A DNA stretch of 64,000 nt from Candidatus Moraniibacteriota bacterium (GCA_049287005.1 JBAQEZ010000003.1:465084-529083); one strand, 5' to 3'. Counted from the first letter of the stretch, positions 17,419 through 27,104 are shown. Program-made: numbers and translations. Notes: generated by a model from the letters alone, not told the origin.

Positions 17419-18383
17419 TACGCAGTATGGGGAGCCTCTCTGTAAAAAAAGTATTGCTGACCACCCCACGGGGGTTTTGCGCGGGGGTGGCGCGGGCGGT
17501 GAAAGCTGTGGAAGACACTTTGGAGATTTTCGGTGCGCCCGTCTATGTGAAGCATGAAATCGTGCACAATAAGCATGTGGTGGCGGAGCTGGAGGCCAAG
17601 GGAGTAATAACCATCGAAAGCCTCGCAGAGGCTCCGGAAGGAGCCGTGGTGGTGTTTTCAGCCCATGGATCGCTCCCAGGCCACTATCAGGAGGCCAAAC
17701 AGCGGAAGATGCAGCTTATCGATGCTACTTGTCCGTTGGTGACCAAGGTGCATCTCGAAGTAGGACGCTTCTTGAAAGAGGGGTACGCTATCATCTATAT
17801 CGGGCATCAGGGACATATCGAAGGTTTGGGAGTTTTGGGTGAGGCAGAAGCCGGATCTATCCCGCTGGTGGAAACTGTCGTCGATGTCGCGGCGCTCGAT
17901 ATCGGGAGTCCGGAAAAACTCGTCTACCTCACGCAAACAACGCTTTCGATAGATGATACGGCGCTCGTTATCAGGGCGCTTCAAGAAAAATATCCGCAGA
18001 TTGTCGCACCACCACTTACTGATATTTGTTTTGCAACGACCAACAGGCAAGAAGCCATCAAAGCGCTGGCGAAAATTTCAGACTTGATTTTAATTCTTGG
18101 GTCGAAGACCTCCTCGAACTCTACGCGGCTTATGGAAACGGCTCGTGCGGAAGGTATGGAAGCCTATCTGATCGATGATGCGGCGCAGCTGGAGGCGCAG
18201 TGGTTCACGAACAAGGCGACGGTCGGCATCAGCGCCGGAGCCAGTGCCCCGGAAAGGCTGGTGCGGGGCGTCGTGGAGTACTTCGCCTCTCGCGGCGCGA
18301 TAGTCGAAGACTTCATCGTGAAAACAGAAACGATGCGGTTCGCCGAGCCGTTGGAATTGATGCGGATGAAAAAAGATCGGTAG
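17415..18383 (+). CDS. ispH: 4-hydroxy-3-methylbut-2-enyl diphosphate reductase
   Basis: PRGFCAGVARAV, VHNKHVV, ATCPLVTKVH and FSAHG are the conserved IspH Cys and His motifs. It overlaps pyrH by 4 nt. Confidence 0.9.
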   Translation: MIRSMGSLSVKKVLLTTPRGFCAGVARAVKAVEDTLEIFGAPVYVKHEIVHNKHVVAELEAKGVITIESLAEAPEGAVVVFSAHGSLPGHYQEAKQRKMQLIDATCPLVTKVHLEVGRFLKEGYAIIYIGHQGHIEGLGVLGEAEAGSIPLVETVVDVAALDIGSPEKLVYLTQTTLSIDDTALVIRALQEKYPQIVAPPLTDICFATTNRQEAIKALAKISDLILILGSKTSSNSTRLMETARAEGMEAYLIDDAAQLEAQWFTNKATVGISAGASAPERLVRGVVEYFASRGAIVEDFIVKTETMRFAEPLELMRMKKDR

Positions 18384-18434
18384 AGGAGTATACTCTACTG
18401 GTAAGGGGGAATAATCGGATAGATAGCGTGGGCT

Positions 18435-18794
18435 ATGAAACAGCCTCTTTTCATACAAAATGGGAGAGTGGAGCGGGGGACGACAGCTGCCCGGACGATC
18501 GGTTTTCCGACGGCCAATATTCCTTTTGAAGAGCCGGATCTTTCCGGTACGTATGCCGGTAAGGTGATCGTAGGAGATGCCGAATACCGCGCCGCAGTCT
18601 ATGCCAATCAAGAGCGGCAGGTACTCGAGGCGTATCTCTTTGATTTTTCCGGAAATTTGTATGGGAAGCAGATTACGATTATGTTGTTTGAGAAGTTGGC
18701 GGATGCGGAACGGTTCCGAGACAGCAAGGATCAAAAAACTTTTATCGAGTGGGCAGTCTCTGAGGTGAGGAAATATTTTAATCGGGAAGAATGA
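18435..18794 (+). CDS. Riboflavin kinase (bacterial flavokinase domain only)
   Basis: 119 aa with the GFPTANI motif of the RibF C-terminal flavokinase domain. There is no N-terminal adenylyltransferase domain. Confidence 0.7.
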   Translation: MKQPLFIQNGRVERGTTAARTIGFPTANIPFEEPDLSGTYAGKVIVGDAEYRAAVYANQERQVLEAYLFDFSGNLYGKQITIMLFEKLADAERFRDSKDQKTFIEWAVSEVRKYFNREE

Positions 18795-19396
18795 GTATGT
18801 TTACGGGAATTATTCAGACGGTCGTGCTGATCATTTCAGTCGCTCCGAAAGGAGACTGTCTATGCGTGCGCATACAAAAGCCAGCGGGTTGGAAACTGGT
18901 GCTTGGACAAAGTATGGCTATTGATGGCATTTGCTCGACAGTGACGCTGTTGCGATCATCTTTTTTAGAGGTGGAATATATGCCGGAGACGCTTGACAAG
19001 ACGACAGCAGGGTCGTTCCGGAAAAATACGCCAGTGAACCTCGAGCGATCGCTCACGTTGCGAGATTTTGTTGATGGTCACCTCGTGCAAGGCCATGTTG
19101 ATGCGCGAGGGACAGTACGGAAGAGAGAGGGCACAGAAAACACCAGGGAAATAACCATCGCTGTGCCGAAAGAGCTGGGGAAATATATCGCTACCAAGGG
19201 TTCGATTACGGTAAACGGTGTCAGCTTGACGGTAGCGAAAGCAGCAAAGGATACTTTCCGCGTGGCGTTGATCCCGTATACTTTGACGCATACGAATCTG
19301 GGGTTACTCAAAAAAGGAGACAGTGTCAATGTGGAAATAGACATTATCGCTCGTTATGCGGAAAAGATCCTGCGGGATACGAAAAAAGATAATTGA
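18791..19396 (+). CDS. ribE: Riboflavin synthase alpha subunit
   Basis: Starts MFTGII and has a duplicated lumazine-binding repeat (second copy GHLVQGHVD), 201 aa. Confidence 0.85.
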   Translation: MSMFTGIIQTVVLIISVAPKGDCLCVRIQKPAGWKLVLGQSMAIDGICSTVTLLRSSFLEVEYMPETLDKTTAGSFRKNTPVNLERSLTLRDFVDGHLVQGHVDARGTVRKREGTENTREITIAVPKELGKYIATKGSITVNGVSLTVAKAAKDTFRVALIPYTLTHTNLGLLKKGDSVNVEIDIIARYAEKILRDTKKDN

Positions 19397-19430
19397 TACG
19401 TGACGTGAAGATATTGGTAATGAAAATGGT

Positions 19431-19898
19431 ATGCAAAAAAAAGAGAGAGCCGCAACGAAGACGCAGGATGCTTCCGCGTTGAAAATCGGGGTAGTGGTGT
19501 CGGAGTATTATGCCGATATGATCACTGAAAAGCTTCTGACCGGAGCACTGGCTATTTTGCGAGAGTGGAACGTGTTGCAAAAAAATGTCACTATCGTGCG
19601 CGTACCGGGGTGTTTCGAGATTCCTTATGGCTGTATCACTCTTTTGAAACGCAAGAAATTCGACGCCCTCATCACTTTGGGCTGTATCGTCAAAGGAGAG
19701 ACGGATCATGATCGCTATATCGCTTCGGCAGTGGCGCAGGGTATCATGGATCTGACTGTGGCATATCGGGTGCCGATAGCTTTCGGCGTCCTGACCGTCA
19801 ACAATTTCGCTCAGGCCAAAGTTCGTTCGACAGGCAAGCACAATAAGGGCAGCGAAGCGGCTATCGCTGCCCTCGGAGCCGCTTTGTTGAGCAAGTAA
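19431..19898 (+). CDS. ribH: 6,7-dimethyl-8-ribityllumazine synthase
   Basis: 155 aa. IGVVVSEYYADMI, GCFEIP and GETDHDRYIA are the RibH signature. Confidence 0.85.
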   Translation: MQKKERAATKTQDASALKIGVVVSEYYADMITEKLLTGALAILREWNVLQKNVTIVRVPGCFEIPYGCITLLKRKKFDALITLGCIVKGETDHDRYIASAVAQGIMDLTVAYRVPIAFGVLTVNNFAQAKVRSTGKHNKGSEAAIAALGAALLSK

Positions 19899-19905
19899 GA
19901 TAGGG

Positions 19906-20337
19906 TTATTTTGTGACGGCTGATTCGTGCAGGATGCTGGATTTATATTTTTTGGGGAGGTGGGCATCAAGAAATAGAAAAGGAATATGCATCTCCTTGA
20001 GTTTTTGCGCCAAAAGCTGTTGGTCGTATCCCAGAAAAACTATGTCAGGTCGGTAGGTTTTGAGCGCGCTCCATGTCTCGATCATCGGATCGCCCAGGAT
20101 GATGTTCGCATCCGGATTGAAAGAGCGGAGTGCCTGAGCACGTTTCTCGAACGAAAATCGTGGCAGATGGCCCTTGATTGTTTTGACTACTTGCTCGTGC
20201 GCCGCCGCTACGATGAGTTTTTTGCAGCGCCCTTGCGCCTGGGTGAGGAAGTTTTTGTGACCCGCATGGAGTCCATCAAAAACACCGAAAACCATGCCGG
20301 TGCCATAGAGGGGTGTTTTTCGTGCCATAGAAGCCAA
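19906..20337 (-). CDS. Cytidylyltransferase-fold nucleotidyltransferase, probably an archaeal RibL-like FMN adenylyltransferase
   Basis: 143 aa with GVFDGLHAGH (HxGH). KLIVAAAHEQVVKTIKG and PDIVFLGYDQ are collinear with archaeal RibL and TagD. It is adjacent to the rib genes. Confidence 0.55.
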   Translation of the reverse strand: MASMARKTPLYGTGMVFGVFDGLHAGHKNFLTQAQGRCKKLIVAAAHEQVVKTIKGHLPRFSFEKRAQALRSFNPDANIILGDPMIETWSALKTYRPDIVFLGYDQQLLAQKLKEMHIPFLFLDAHLPKKYKSSILHESAVTK

Positions 20338-20457
20338 TATTGTTTAAGAGAGGAACGCATAGGCAGTGTAACATACCGAGAGCCCTCTTGTGCTCCAGCC
20401 TCCGACCACGTACCATATGAGATGAAGGGTCAGCGTTGAAAATAAAAAGAGTAAGTA

Positions 20458-21588
20458 GTGATAAAAGAGCATATGCAAATAGCCGTACAAGCAAGCGACC
20501 TGGATGCGAAGAGGATCGACGGGACACGCGTGTATCTGAAGGAGCTCCTCAGTCGTTTCGGTCAGGCTTCGCCAGAGGTTGAGTTTGTGCTGTATCATCA
20601 GACCGCGTTCAACCCGGAACTCGTACCGAAAGTATGTGTTCAATATCAGATCAAGACGCGTCCTTTTCCCTTCGCCTGGATGCAGACCAGATTTCTTTGG
20701 GAGATCCTGCGTCACAAGCCAGAAAAATTGTTCTTACCGATCCAAGCAGCTCCTGTTTTTGTTTCTCGAGCGACCGAGGTGACCGTGACGATACACGATC
20801 TCGCCTTCAAGCGGTATCCGGCCACGTTTCCCAGACAGCATTTGCTGAAGCTCAATTTCTTGCTTGGTGTCGCGGTGCATCGGGCGGACAAGCTGATTGC
20901 CGTTTCGCAGTCCACCAAGGATGACCTGTTGGAGTTTTTCCCCAAGCTTCCGACAGGGCGCATCCGCGTGATTCATCATGGTTTCGACAGCGAATTTTTC
21001 GGCACGCGACTTTCCGCTGAGGAACTTTCTGATACTTTAAAAACTTTCCACTTGCAACCGGCAACCTATGCCTTGTATGTCGGGGCGTTACAACCACGAA
21101 AAAATCTCGCCCGTTTGATCGAGGCATTCGATATCGCCAAGCAGAGCATGTTCGAAATGAAATTGGTGCTTGTGGGGGAGAGAGCCTGGCTGGCGGATGA
21201 GATTTTCGCAGCGCGTGACAAGAGCCCATACAAAGAAGACATCATCATGACCGGTCCGGTGGATTTCGCGGCGTTGCGCGCCTTGTATCAGGGGGCGCGG
21301 TTGTTCGTATTCCCGTCGCTCTATGAAGGTTTCGGGTTGCCGATTCTCGAGGCCTTCGCCTCCCGTGTGCCCGTACTGACAGCGGGCAATTCCAGCTTGA
21401 CGGAGGTTGGCGGCAGGGCAGCTCTCTATGCGAATGCTCTGAGCACGGACGATATAGCGGCAAAATTGGAACGGTTGTGGAGCGATGAAGAATTGCGAAA
21501 GGAGCTCGTGCGGAGAGGAGAAGAGCAGCTGAAAAAATTCTCTTGGGACAAGTGCGCGCAAGAAACTCTGGAATATATCAAAAGTTGA
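20458..21588 (+). CDS. Glycosyltransferase family 4 (GT-B fold)
   Basis: C-terminal FPSLYEGFGLPILEAFASRVPVLTAGNSSLTEVGG is the GT1/GT4 signature. Confidence 0.8.
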   Translation: MIKEHMQIAVQASDLDAKRIDGTRVYLKELLSRFGQASPEVEFVLYHQTAFNPELVPKVCVQYQIKTRPFPFAWMQTRFLWEILRHKPEKLFLPIQAAPVFVSRATEVTVTIHDLAFKRYPATFPRQHLLKLNFLLGVAVHRADKLIAVSQSTKDDLLEFFPKLPTGRIRVIHHGFDSEFFGTRLSAEELSDTLKTFHLQPATYALYVGALQPRKNLARLIEAFDIAKQSMFEMKLVLVGERAWLADEIFAARDKSPYKEDIIMTGPVDFAALRALYQGARLFVFPSLYEGFGLPILEAFASRVPVLTAGNSSLTEVGGRAALYANALSTDDIAAKLERLWSDEELRKELVRRGEEQLKKFSWDKCAQETLEYIKS

Positions 21589-21597
21589 TATTTTATT

Positions 21598-21745
21598 TCC
21601 CACCGCAAGAGTCTTTCCGAAGGAGATGAAGTTCTTTTGTCTGTCCCGTACCACCGAACGGCACGTTCGGGCGGGGGCACAGTGTCGTCGTCTACGCGGA
21701 CGAACGCCCTCCGGGGAAGCCGCTTGCGGTGGAAAATTCGTTATA
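21598..21745 (+). other. Candidate structured RNA or leader element upstream of the ABC-F gene
   Basis: A 10-bp long-range pairing ccaccgcaag (21601..21610) with cttgcggtgg (21722..21731) encloses a GC-rich segment. That segment contains a perfect 7-bp hairpin, ccgaacg-gca-cgttcgg. Confidence 0.3.
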
Positions 21746-21819
21746 AGACTGGATGCTTGTAGAGAATAGAATTCTGTGTCACAATACTTCTGCCGTTTAG
21801 CGGCTTTTTTGTTTACTTT

Positions 21820-23277
21820 ATGGCCAAGGATAACGTCGTCATGAGATTCGATAAAGTGTCCTTCGAATACGGGCACAAGAAACCCATTTTGGATGAGGTG
21901 AGTTTCAGTATGCGGGGCGGTTCCAAGGTAACGCTCATGGGGCAGAACGGTGCTGGGAAAAGTTCTCTGTTCAAGCTCATCACCGGCGAAGAAAAGCCGC
22001 AATCCGGGCGTGTCTCTCTGGATCCCGGAGCCACGGTCGCGATCGGGCGCCAGACCATTCCGCGGGATCAGCTGGATCTCACGGTAAAAGATTTTTTTGA
22101 TCAATTTTTCAATGGTAAGGAATGGGAACTGGCGATGCATATCAAAGAAGTATTGGGAGTGGTGAATCTGCCTCTGCCGCCGCTTGAGAAGAAAATACGG
22201 GAGTTTTCCGGCGGGCAGCAGGCGCGCCTCCTCTTGGCTTCGGCGCTGATTCAGGATCCGGATATCCTTCTTCTCGATGAGCCGACGAACAACCTGGATT
22301 ACGCCGGCATCACCCATCTGACGCAGTTCCTGATCGATTATGAGAAAACTTGCATCGTCATTTCCCATGATGCGGAATTCTTGAATTCGTTCACGCACGG
22401 CGTGCTGTATCTCGACGTGTTTACGCACAAGATCGAGCAGTACACGGGAGATTACTACGACGTGATGGAAGAGATCGCCAAAAGGATCACCAAGGCGCAG
22501 AGCGAGAACGTCCGGCTGGAACGGACTATTCAGGAAAAGAAAGATCAAGCGAACGTATTTGCCAACAAGGGAGGAAAACTGCGTGCAGTGGCCAAGCGGA
22601 TGCGCGATCTGGCGACCGATCTGGAAGAAAACAAAGTGGACGTGAGACAGGAAGACAAAACCCTGCCGGGCTTCGAGATACCGTGCCGGGAACCTGTCGG
22701 ACCGATCGTGAATATCAAGACGGTCAAAGTGCTGACGGAATTGGGACCGGCGATCAAGCGCGTCGAGCTGGTTTTGAAGAAAAATATGCATCTCTTGGTA
22801 TCGGGACCGAACGGTATCGGCAAGAGCACGTTTCTCGAAGCCCTCGCCTCAGGCGACGAAGAGCGGGCGCATATCACGGAAGGGATGAAGGTCGGCTATT
22901 ACCGTCAGGATTTTTCGACTCTGGATTTCGAGAGTACGGTGATGGAGACGCTTCTTTTGGTGATGGAAGAAAAGAGCAATGAACTGGCCTACAAGATTGC
23001 CACCAAATTCCTCATCCCAGCGGAACTGATACAGAACAAAGTCGAGAGTTTGTCGGAAGGGCAGAAAGGCCTCCTCATGTTCGCCCAGCTCTATGCCGAG
23101 AAGCCAGATCTCCTGATCCTCGATGAGCCGACCAATCATATCAACTTCCGTCATCTGCCGGTCATTGCCGAAGCTTTGGACAAATACAAGGGCGCGATGA
23201 TTCTCGTTTCCCACGTGCCGGATTTCGTCGCGCAGATCCGCATCGACGAAGTGCTGGATCTGGAATCTTTGGTTTGA
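21820..23277 (+). CDS. ABC-F family ATPase (tandem ABC domains, no TM domain)
   Basis: Two sets of Walker A, signature and Walker B motifs: GQNGAGKSS / FSGGQQARL / LLLDEPTNNLD and GPNGIGKST / LSEGQKGLL / LILDEPTNHIN. Confidence 0.85.
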   Translation: MAKDNVVMRFDKVSFEYGHKKPILDEVSFSMRGGSKVTLMGQNGAGKSSLFKLITGEEKPQSGRVSLDPGATVAIGRQTIPRDQLDLTVKDFFDQFFNGKEWELAMHIKEVLGVVNLPLPPLEKKIREFSGGQQARLLLASALIQDPDILLLDEPTNNLDYAGITHLTQFLIDYEKTCIVISHDAEFLNSFTHGVLYLDVFTHKIEQYTGDYYDVMEEIAKRITKAQSENVRLERTIQEKKDQANVFANKGGKLRAVAKRMRDLATDLEENKVDVRQEDKTLPGFEIPCREPVGPIVNIKTVKVLTELGPAIKRVELVLKKNMHLLVSGPNGIGKSTFLEALASGDEERAHITEGMKVGYYRQDFSTLDFESTVMETLLLVMEEKSNELAYKIATKFLIPAELIQNKVESLSEGQKGLLMFAQLYAEKPDLLILDEPTNHINFRHLPVIAEALDKYKGAMILVSHVPDFVAQIRIDEVLDLESLV

Positions 23278-23324
23278 TTCTCCTCTGTGTTCTCTCATGG
23301 GAGTCTCTGGAATCAATGCTGAAT

Positions 23325-23354
23325 ATAAAAAAACACTCTGTTAGGAGTGTTTTT
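23325..23354. terminator. Bidirectional rho-independent terminator
   Basis: An A-run at 23325..23330, stem aacactc/gagtgtt with loop tgttag at 23331..23350, then TTTT. It sits between the ABC-F gene (+) and the lmo0937-like gene (-). Confidence 0.5.
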
Positions 23355-23376
23355 TGCTGGCTGCGAAAGATGTACA

Positions 23377-23523
23377 TCATACAACGCTGCGACCTTGGAG
23401 TAGACGCACTACTATCAAGATGAGCGCGATGACGAGCAGGATATGAAGTAGCCCGCCCAGCGTGTAGGAAGTGATGAATCCTAAGAACCAGAGGATGATC
23501 AAGATTATAATGATGGTCCACAT
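23377..23523 (-). CDS. lmo0937-family small membrane protein
   Basis: Not in the ORF track. The 48-aa product is MWTIIIILIILWFLGFITSYTLGGLLHILLVIALILIVVRLLQGRSVV, which matches the lmo0937 family pattern (WLLGF...LIHLLLVIA..LI.RLIQGR). Confidence 0.6.
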   Translation of the reverse strand: MWTIIIILIILWFLGFITSYTLGGLLHILLVIALILIVVRLLQGRSVV

Positions 23524-23714
23524 ACTCTTTTTATTACATGAATGAGATCGATACTCTCTTGTGCACTGTTTGGTGTCGACCTCGCCTGCAAGTTTTGTAG
23601 GTGCACCTTTGCACGGTATACGCTATCAAGTATTAAGTAACGTCAGAATCAGAAGTATCCGCATTATACCATGAATGCAGATTTATTCAATCTCTTGCTC
23701 AAATATTGGAAATA

Positions 23715-24140
23715 TCAGACTTCCTCGTCGAAGAGAATTTTCCAAAAGAGAAAGCCTACGAGGAGAAAGGTAGCGATGATGAGAGGGATAAGAAGCGGAG
23801 GGAAGTTGAAGAGCGAGATCGCAAGGATGCCGATGGTCCAGAGTAATCCGAGCCAAACGAGCGGATTTTTTTTCTGTATTTTCCAATCGAAATTGAGATC
23901 CAGGACGTGTCCCAAGAAAACCAGGACGAAGGAGAAAGACAAAAGGACAAAGAAAAATTTGGTGAGACTCAGGTGCGCGGTTACGAATGTCGGGAGGAGT
24001 ATCTCTATTGTGAACAGCGAGGCGAAAGCAAGGTAGCCGATGAAGAGCATTTCAGTCAGGAGCGCATAGCAAACAGTCAGCCCCCCGCTTGCTTTCAGAC
24101 GGATTAGTTGTTCTGTCAGATACTCGGTTGGGTTTTTCAT
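23715..24140 (-). CDS. Hypothetical membrane protein
   Basis: 141 aa with four predicted TM helices and no motif. Confidence 0.45.
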   Translation of the reverse strand: MKNPTEYLTEQLIRLKASGGLTVCYALLTEMLFIGYLAFASLFTIEILLPTFVTAHLSLTKFFFVLLSFSFVLVFLGHVLDLNFDWKIQKKNPLVWLGLLWTIGILAISLFNFPPLLIPLIIATFLLVGFLFWKILFDEEV

Positions 24141-24148
24141 AGGAATGG

Positions 24149-25324
24149 TTATTGACTGATACCGAAGCGCGAGAGGAGGCGCTGTTTAATCTGCGAGAGT
24201 ATCAAAAGCATGTTGTGTTTGCTTTTTTCTGTTTCGAACGAAACTTGGAGTGCGTTGATATCGATATCCGTATCGTTATTTCCGAGTGTTATTTCGAAAT
24301 CATTACCGACACCGGAAGGGAGTGAAACGATCGGTGTTTGACAGGAAAATGTCTGTCCGAAAAATCCCGGCTTGAGAATGCAGCTGACCCGTTCTTCGCT
24401 GGCAACGGATGAGACGATGATAGGAGCTTGCCGCTTGCTGATGAATTCGCGGTAGTTGTCGTCGATGAGCGGACGTTTGGAATTATTTTCCACCAGGTAG
24501 TAGGTATTGGTGTCGCGATCGAAGAGCAGTGTTCCATCGGGATGCTGAGCCCCCAGGAGAAATATACGGCCTCTTTTATAGATACCGATTTCCTCTTCAC
24601 TGGCCGGCCGGACGTCTTCGAATCTGTAGCCGAGGGCGAGGAGGATGTCAGCGCTTCCGATGGGACGCATTTCGGTATTGCTCATGATGAGGAACACACC
24701 GTCGGCGAAAGACACCATCGATCCCACACGATAGCCGATCCAGTTTTCGGATATAGGGTAGTCAGCTAGGAAATCCTTGCTCTCTGGGATGGCGAAGGAA
24801 TCCGGATACCGCGACAAGTAGGCGTTGTCGCTGACAAAGGGGTAGAGGCTGCCGTCTCGGAGCGCATAATAGACAGTATCGACTTTGTAGAGCGATTCTG
24901 CGGGGAAGCCTGTGATAGGCCGACCGGTGGGCAGTAAGAAGCTCCGGTAGGAACGTCGCAGGGAAACATTGAGAGTGTTGGGGCGTGTGGATTTCTTTTC
25001 CAGCGTGAGAGAAATCAGCGCTTGAGAAAATTCTCCCGTGACACTGGCGGTAGCGATGAGCATTCCGTCTTTCCCGATTTTGCCGTTCGTACGAGGGGTG
25101 TTGTCCGTGGCATGCGGATCCAGCAGCGTGTTGCTGCTGGAATCAGGCGTGCGGAAGTTGAAAGAGAAGAAAAGCGTGGGAAACAGTATGCGTAAGGCAA
25201 AAACAATAGTGCTGGCAATCACGATTGCATACAAAAACGCGCGTGCTATCTGGTAGTAGCGCTGAAAATGATGAGGGATGAGAATAGGAGATTGAAACAT
25301 CTTAGTAGATTTGGAATAAATCAT
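24149..25324 (-). CDS. Hypothetical membrane-anchored extracytoplasmic protein
   Basis: 391 aa with an N-terminal signal anchor, rich in Ser, Thr and Asn. It overlaps the start of the upstream GT-C gene by 23 nt, so they are probably an operon. Confidence 0.5.
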   Translation of the reverse strand: MIYSKSTKMFQSPILIPHHFQRYYQIARAFLYAIVIASTIVFALRILFPTLFFSFNFRTPDSSSNTLLDPHATDNTPRTNGKIGKDGMLIATASVTGEFSQALISLTLEKKSTRPNTLNVSLRRSYRSFLLPTGRPITGFPAESLYKVDTVYYALRDGSLYPFVSDNAYLSRYPDSFAIPESKDFLADYPISENWIGYRVGSMVSFADGVFLIMSNTEMRPIGSADILLALGYRFEDVRPASEEEIGIYKRGRIFLLGAQHPDGTLLFDRDTNTYYLVENNSKRPLIDDNYREFISKRQAPIIVSSVASEERVSCILKPGFFGQTFSCQTPIVSLPSGVGNDFEITLGNNDTDIDINALQVSFETEKSKHNMLLILSQIKQRLLSRFGISQ

Positions 25325-27104
25325 TACGTGTCTCCTTGAGGACTTTTTCCGGCAGATGGGGAGTCTTACTCAGGTTATTTTCGAGAGAAGTACTTTCAAG
25401 TTGGATACTGGAAAACGTGACCGTTTTTTTGAACACGAGGCGATCGCCAAACACGGAGACATAGCGCGCCTGATCACCGTCTGGCACGAGGAGATAGGTA
25501 TGCGTGAAAGGAGTGAGATTTATCCGTGCCAGATCATCTGGGTTGAAGAAATACGCCATATTTTTTCCGGACAAATATTGGGCTGGGCCGGTGAGCATAG
25601 CGAAGCCATCGCCGGTAGCGTTCCGGTCGACCAAAACGAGATCGGTATCAGAAAATTCTTGACTGAAAGCGGCAATCTGCTTATCCAGTCCCTGATTTTC
25701 CGCAAACGGCAATCCGTAGCTGAAGGCGGGGTACTCGAGAGCGATCAGGCCGAGAAAGATCATACTGACAAAAAAGAGCCGCTTGCCTTGTGGCATCTCG
25801 ATCGGAAACATCTTCTCTTTGGCAAAGAGGAGTGCTATGCCTACCACAGCCGAAAACAACAGTGCAGGGAACAGAGAGAAGAGATAGCGCCGGAGCATCC
25901 ACGGATGATCGAGTGAGATATTGGGATCGAAGAGGTAGACAAACGTAGGCAGAGCCACCAAGGCTGGCAAAAACGCTTTCAGGCGCTTTTCTTTGATAAA
26001 AATAAGTATTCCAAACACACCGAAAGCGAACAGCGCGAGCAGGCCGTAGAGGAAAAAAACCGAGCCCAGCGTAAAGGGACCGCCGGTACTGGCGAGGTCG
26101 CCGGTGACGCTGCCGGAACCCGATTGACGGAGAAATTTCTCGAGTGCCTTGCCGATCATTTTGTAATAGGGGAGGTTGATAAAAAAATCACGCAAAAAAA
26201 TGAAAGTGAAGAGTATCCCCGGGAGGACGATGCTTTTCCATGGATAGGTTGTCCAGATATGTCGGGTCGGCTTGCTCACGAACAGCACCATGACAGCGAG
26301 AGCAAGAAAGGCAAATCCCTCTATGCGCGTGAAGGCGAACAATCCTCCCGAGAGGAGTATGCCGGCGTAAGAGATGAACTTTCCTTCTTGGAGGAAAAGA
26401 ATGAGATTCCACACCAGAAAGACGAAAAGAAAGAGGGCGAGATTTTCGCTCAAAGTGACTTTCGCGAACCAGGTGGGGAGAAAAGAGAAGATGGCGAGCG
26501 CTAGTCCGGCAGAGGCGTAAAAAGGATGGACGAAGACGCGGAGGAGGGCGTAGAGTGTCGTTAGAAAAAGAAAGAGGAGGATGCTGTTACCGATCACCAG
26601 GCCGTGCACGCCGAAAAGAGAAACGAAGGAAGCAAGCCATGCCGTGTAACCGAGAGGAAATTGAGTAATCAGATCGCCTGTCTTGGTATAGGCAAAACCG
26701 GGAAAATTCAGAGCCGTGCCTTCGCCGTAGATCTGGAAAAAAATTTCACTGGCTGCGGTAGAAAAAGCGAGGTGTCCATTGTGCGCCAAGCGCGTCGCGG
26801 CCTCCGCTATGGATCCTTGGTCGCGTCCGGAAAAAAGGGTGGGAACAGACAATGAGCCGATCAGCACAGACATAAAGAGCGAAATAAGAACCGCTATTTT
26901 GAAATCAGGCGTGGCACGGAGGATCACTTTTGTGCTGATAATGAGAACAATGGCCAAAACCAGGGCCGCGCCGGAAACAATCAGCGGGAACAGAAAGAGG
27001 TCGCTCAGAGCCAGCAGAAAAACAAACCAGCCGAAGAGAATGAAAGAGAGTCCGAACAGGACGAACAAAGTGTCAGTTTTTTCAATTGGAGAGAAGAATT
27101 TCAT
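25302..27104 (-). CDS. GT-C fold glycosyltransferase (GT39/ArnT/PMT-like), polytopic membrane protein
   Basis: About 600 aa from the internal Met (MKFFSPIEK at 27104). It has more than ten TM helices, an acidic first-loop motif SGRDQGSIAEAA and a large C-terminal extracytoplasmic domain. The ORF-track start at 27293 overlaps the divergent clp-like gene and is unlikely to be real. Confidence 0.55.
   Translation of the reverse strand: MKFFSPIEKTDTLFVLFGLSFILFGWFVFLLALSDLFLFPLIVSGAALVLAIVLIISTKVILRATPDFKIAVLISLFMSVLIGSLSVPTLFSGRDQGSIAEAATRLAHNGHLAFSTAASEIFFQIYGEGTALNFPGFAYTKTGDLITQFPLGYTAWLASFVSLFGVHGLVIGNSILLFLFLTTLYALLRVFVHPFYASAGLALAIFSFLPTWFAKVTLSENLALFLFVFLVWNLILFLQEGKFISYAGILLSGGLFAFTRIEGFAFLALAVMVLFVSKPTRHIWTTYPWKSIVLPGILFTFIFLRDFFINLPYYKMIGKALEKFLRQSGSGSVTGDLASTGGPFTLGSVFFLYGLLALFAFGVFGILIFIKEKRLKAFLPALVALPTFVYLFDPNISLDHPWMLRRYLFSLFPALLFSAVVGIALLFAKEKMFPIEMPQGKRLFFVSMIFLGLIALEYPAFSYGLPFAENQGLDKQIAAFSQEFSDTDLVLVDRNATGDGFAMLTGPAQYLSGKNMAYFFNPDDLARINLTPFTHTYLLVPDGDQARYVSVFGDRLVFKKTVTFSSIQLESTSLENNLSKTPHLPEKVLKETRNDLFQIY

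Noticed and set aside
21626-21769. 47-codon Arg-rich uORF as an ABC-F leader peptide
   Set aside because: Its Shine-Dalgarno sequence is directly fused to the ATG, and its composition is dictated by the GC-rich structured element. It is kept only as a remark inside the structured-leader finding.
21088-22791. 567-aa minus-strand ORF
   Set aside because: It is antisense to the GT4 and ABC-F genes, which carry clear Walker and GT motifs. It has a low-complexity, Arg- and His-rich composition.
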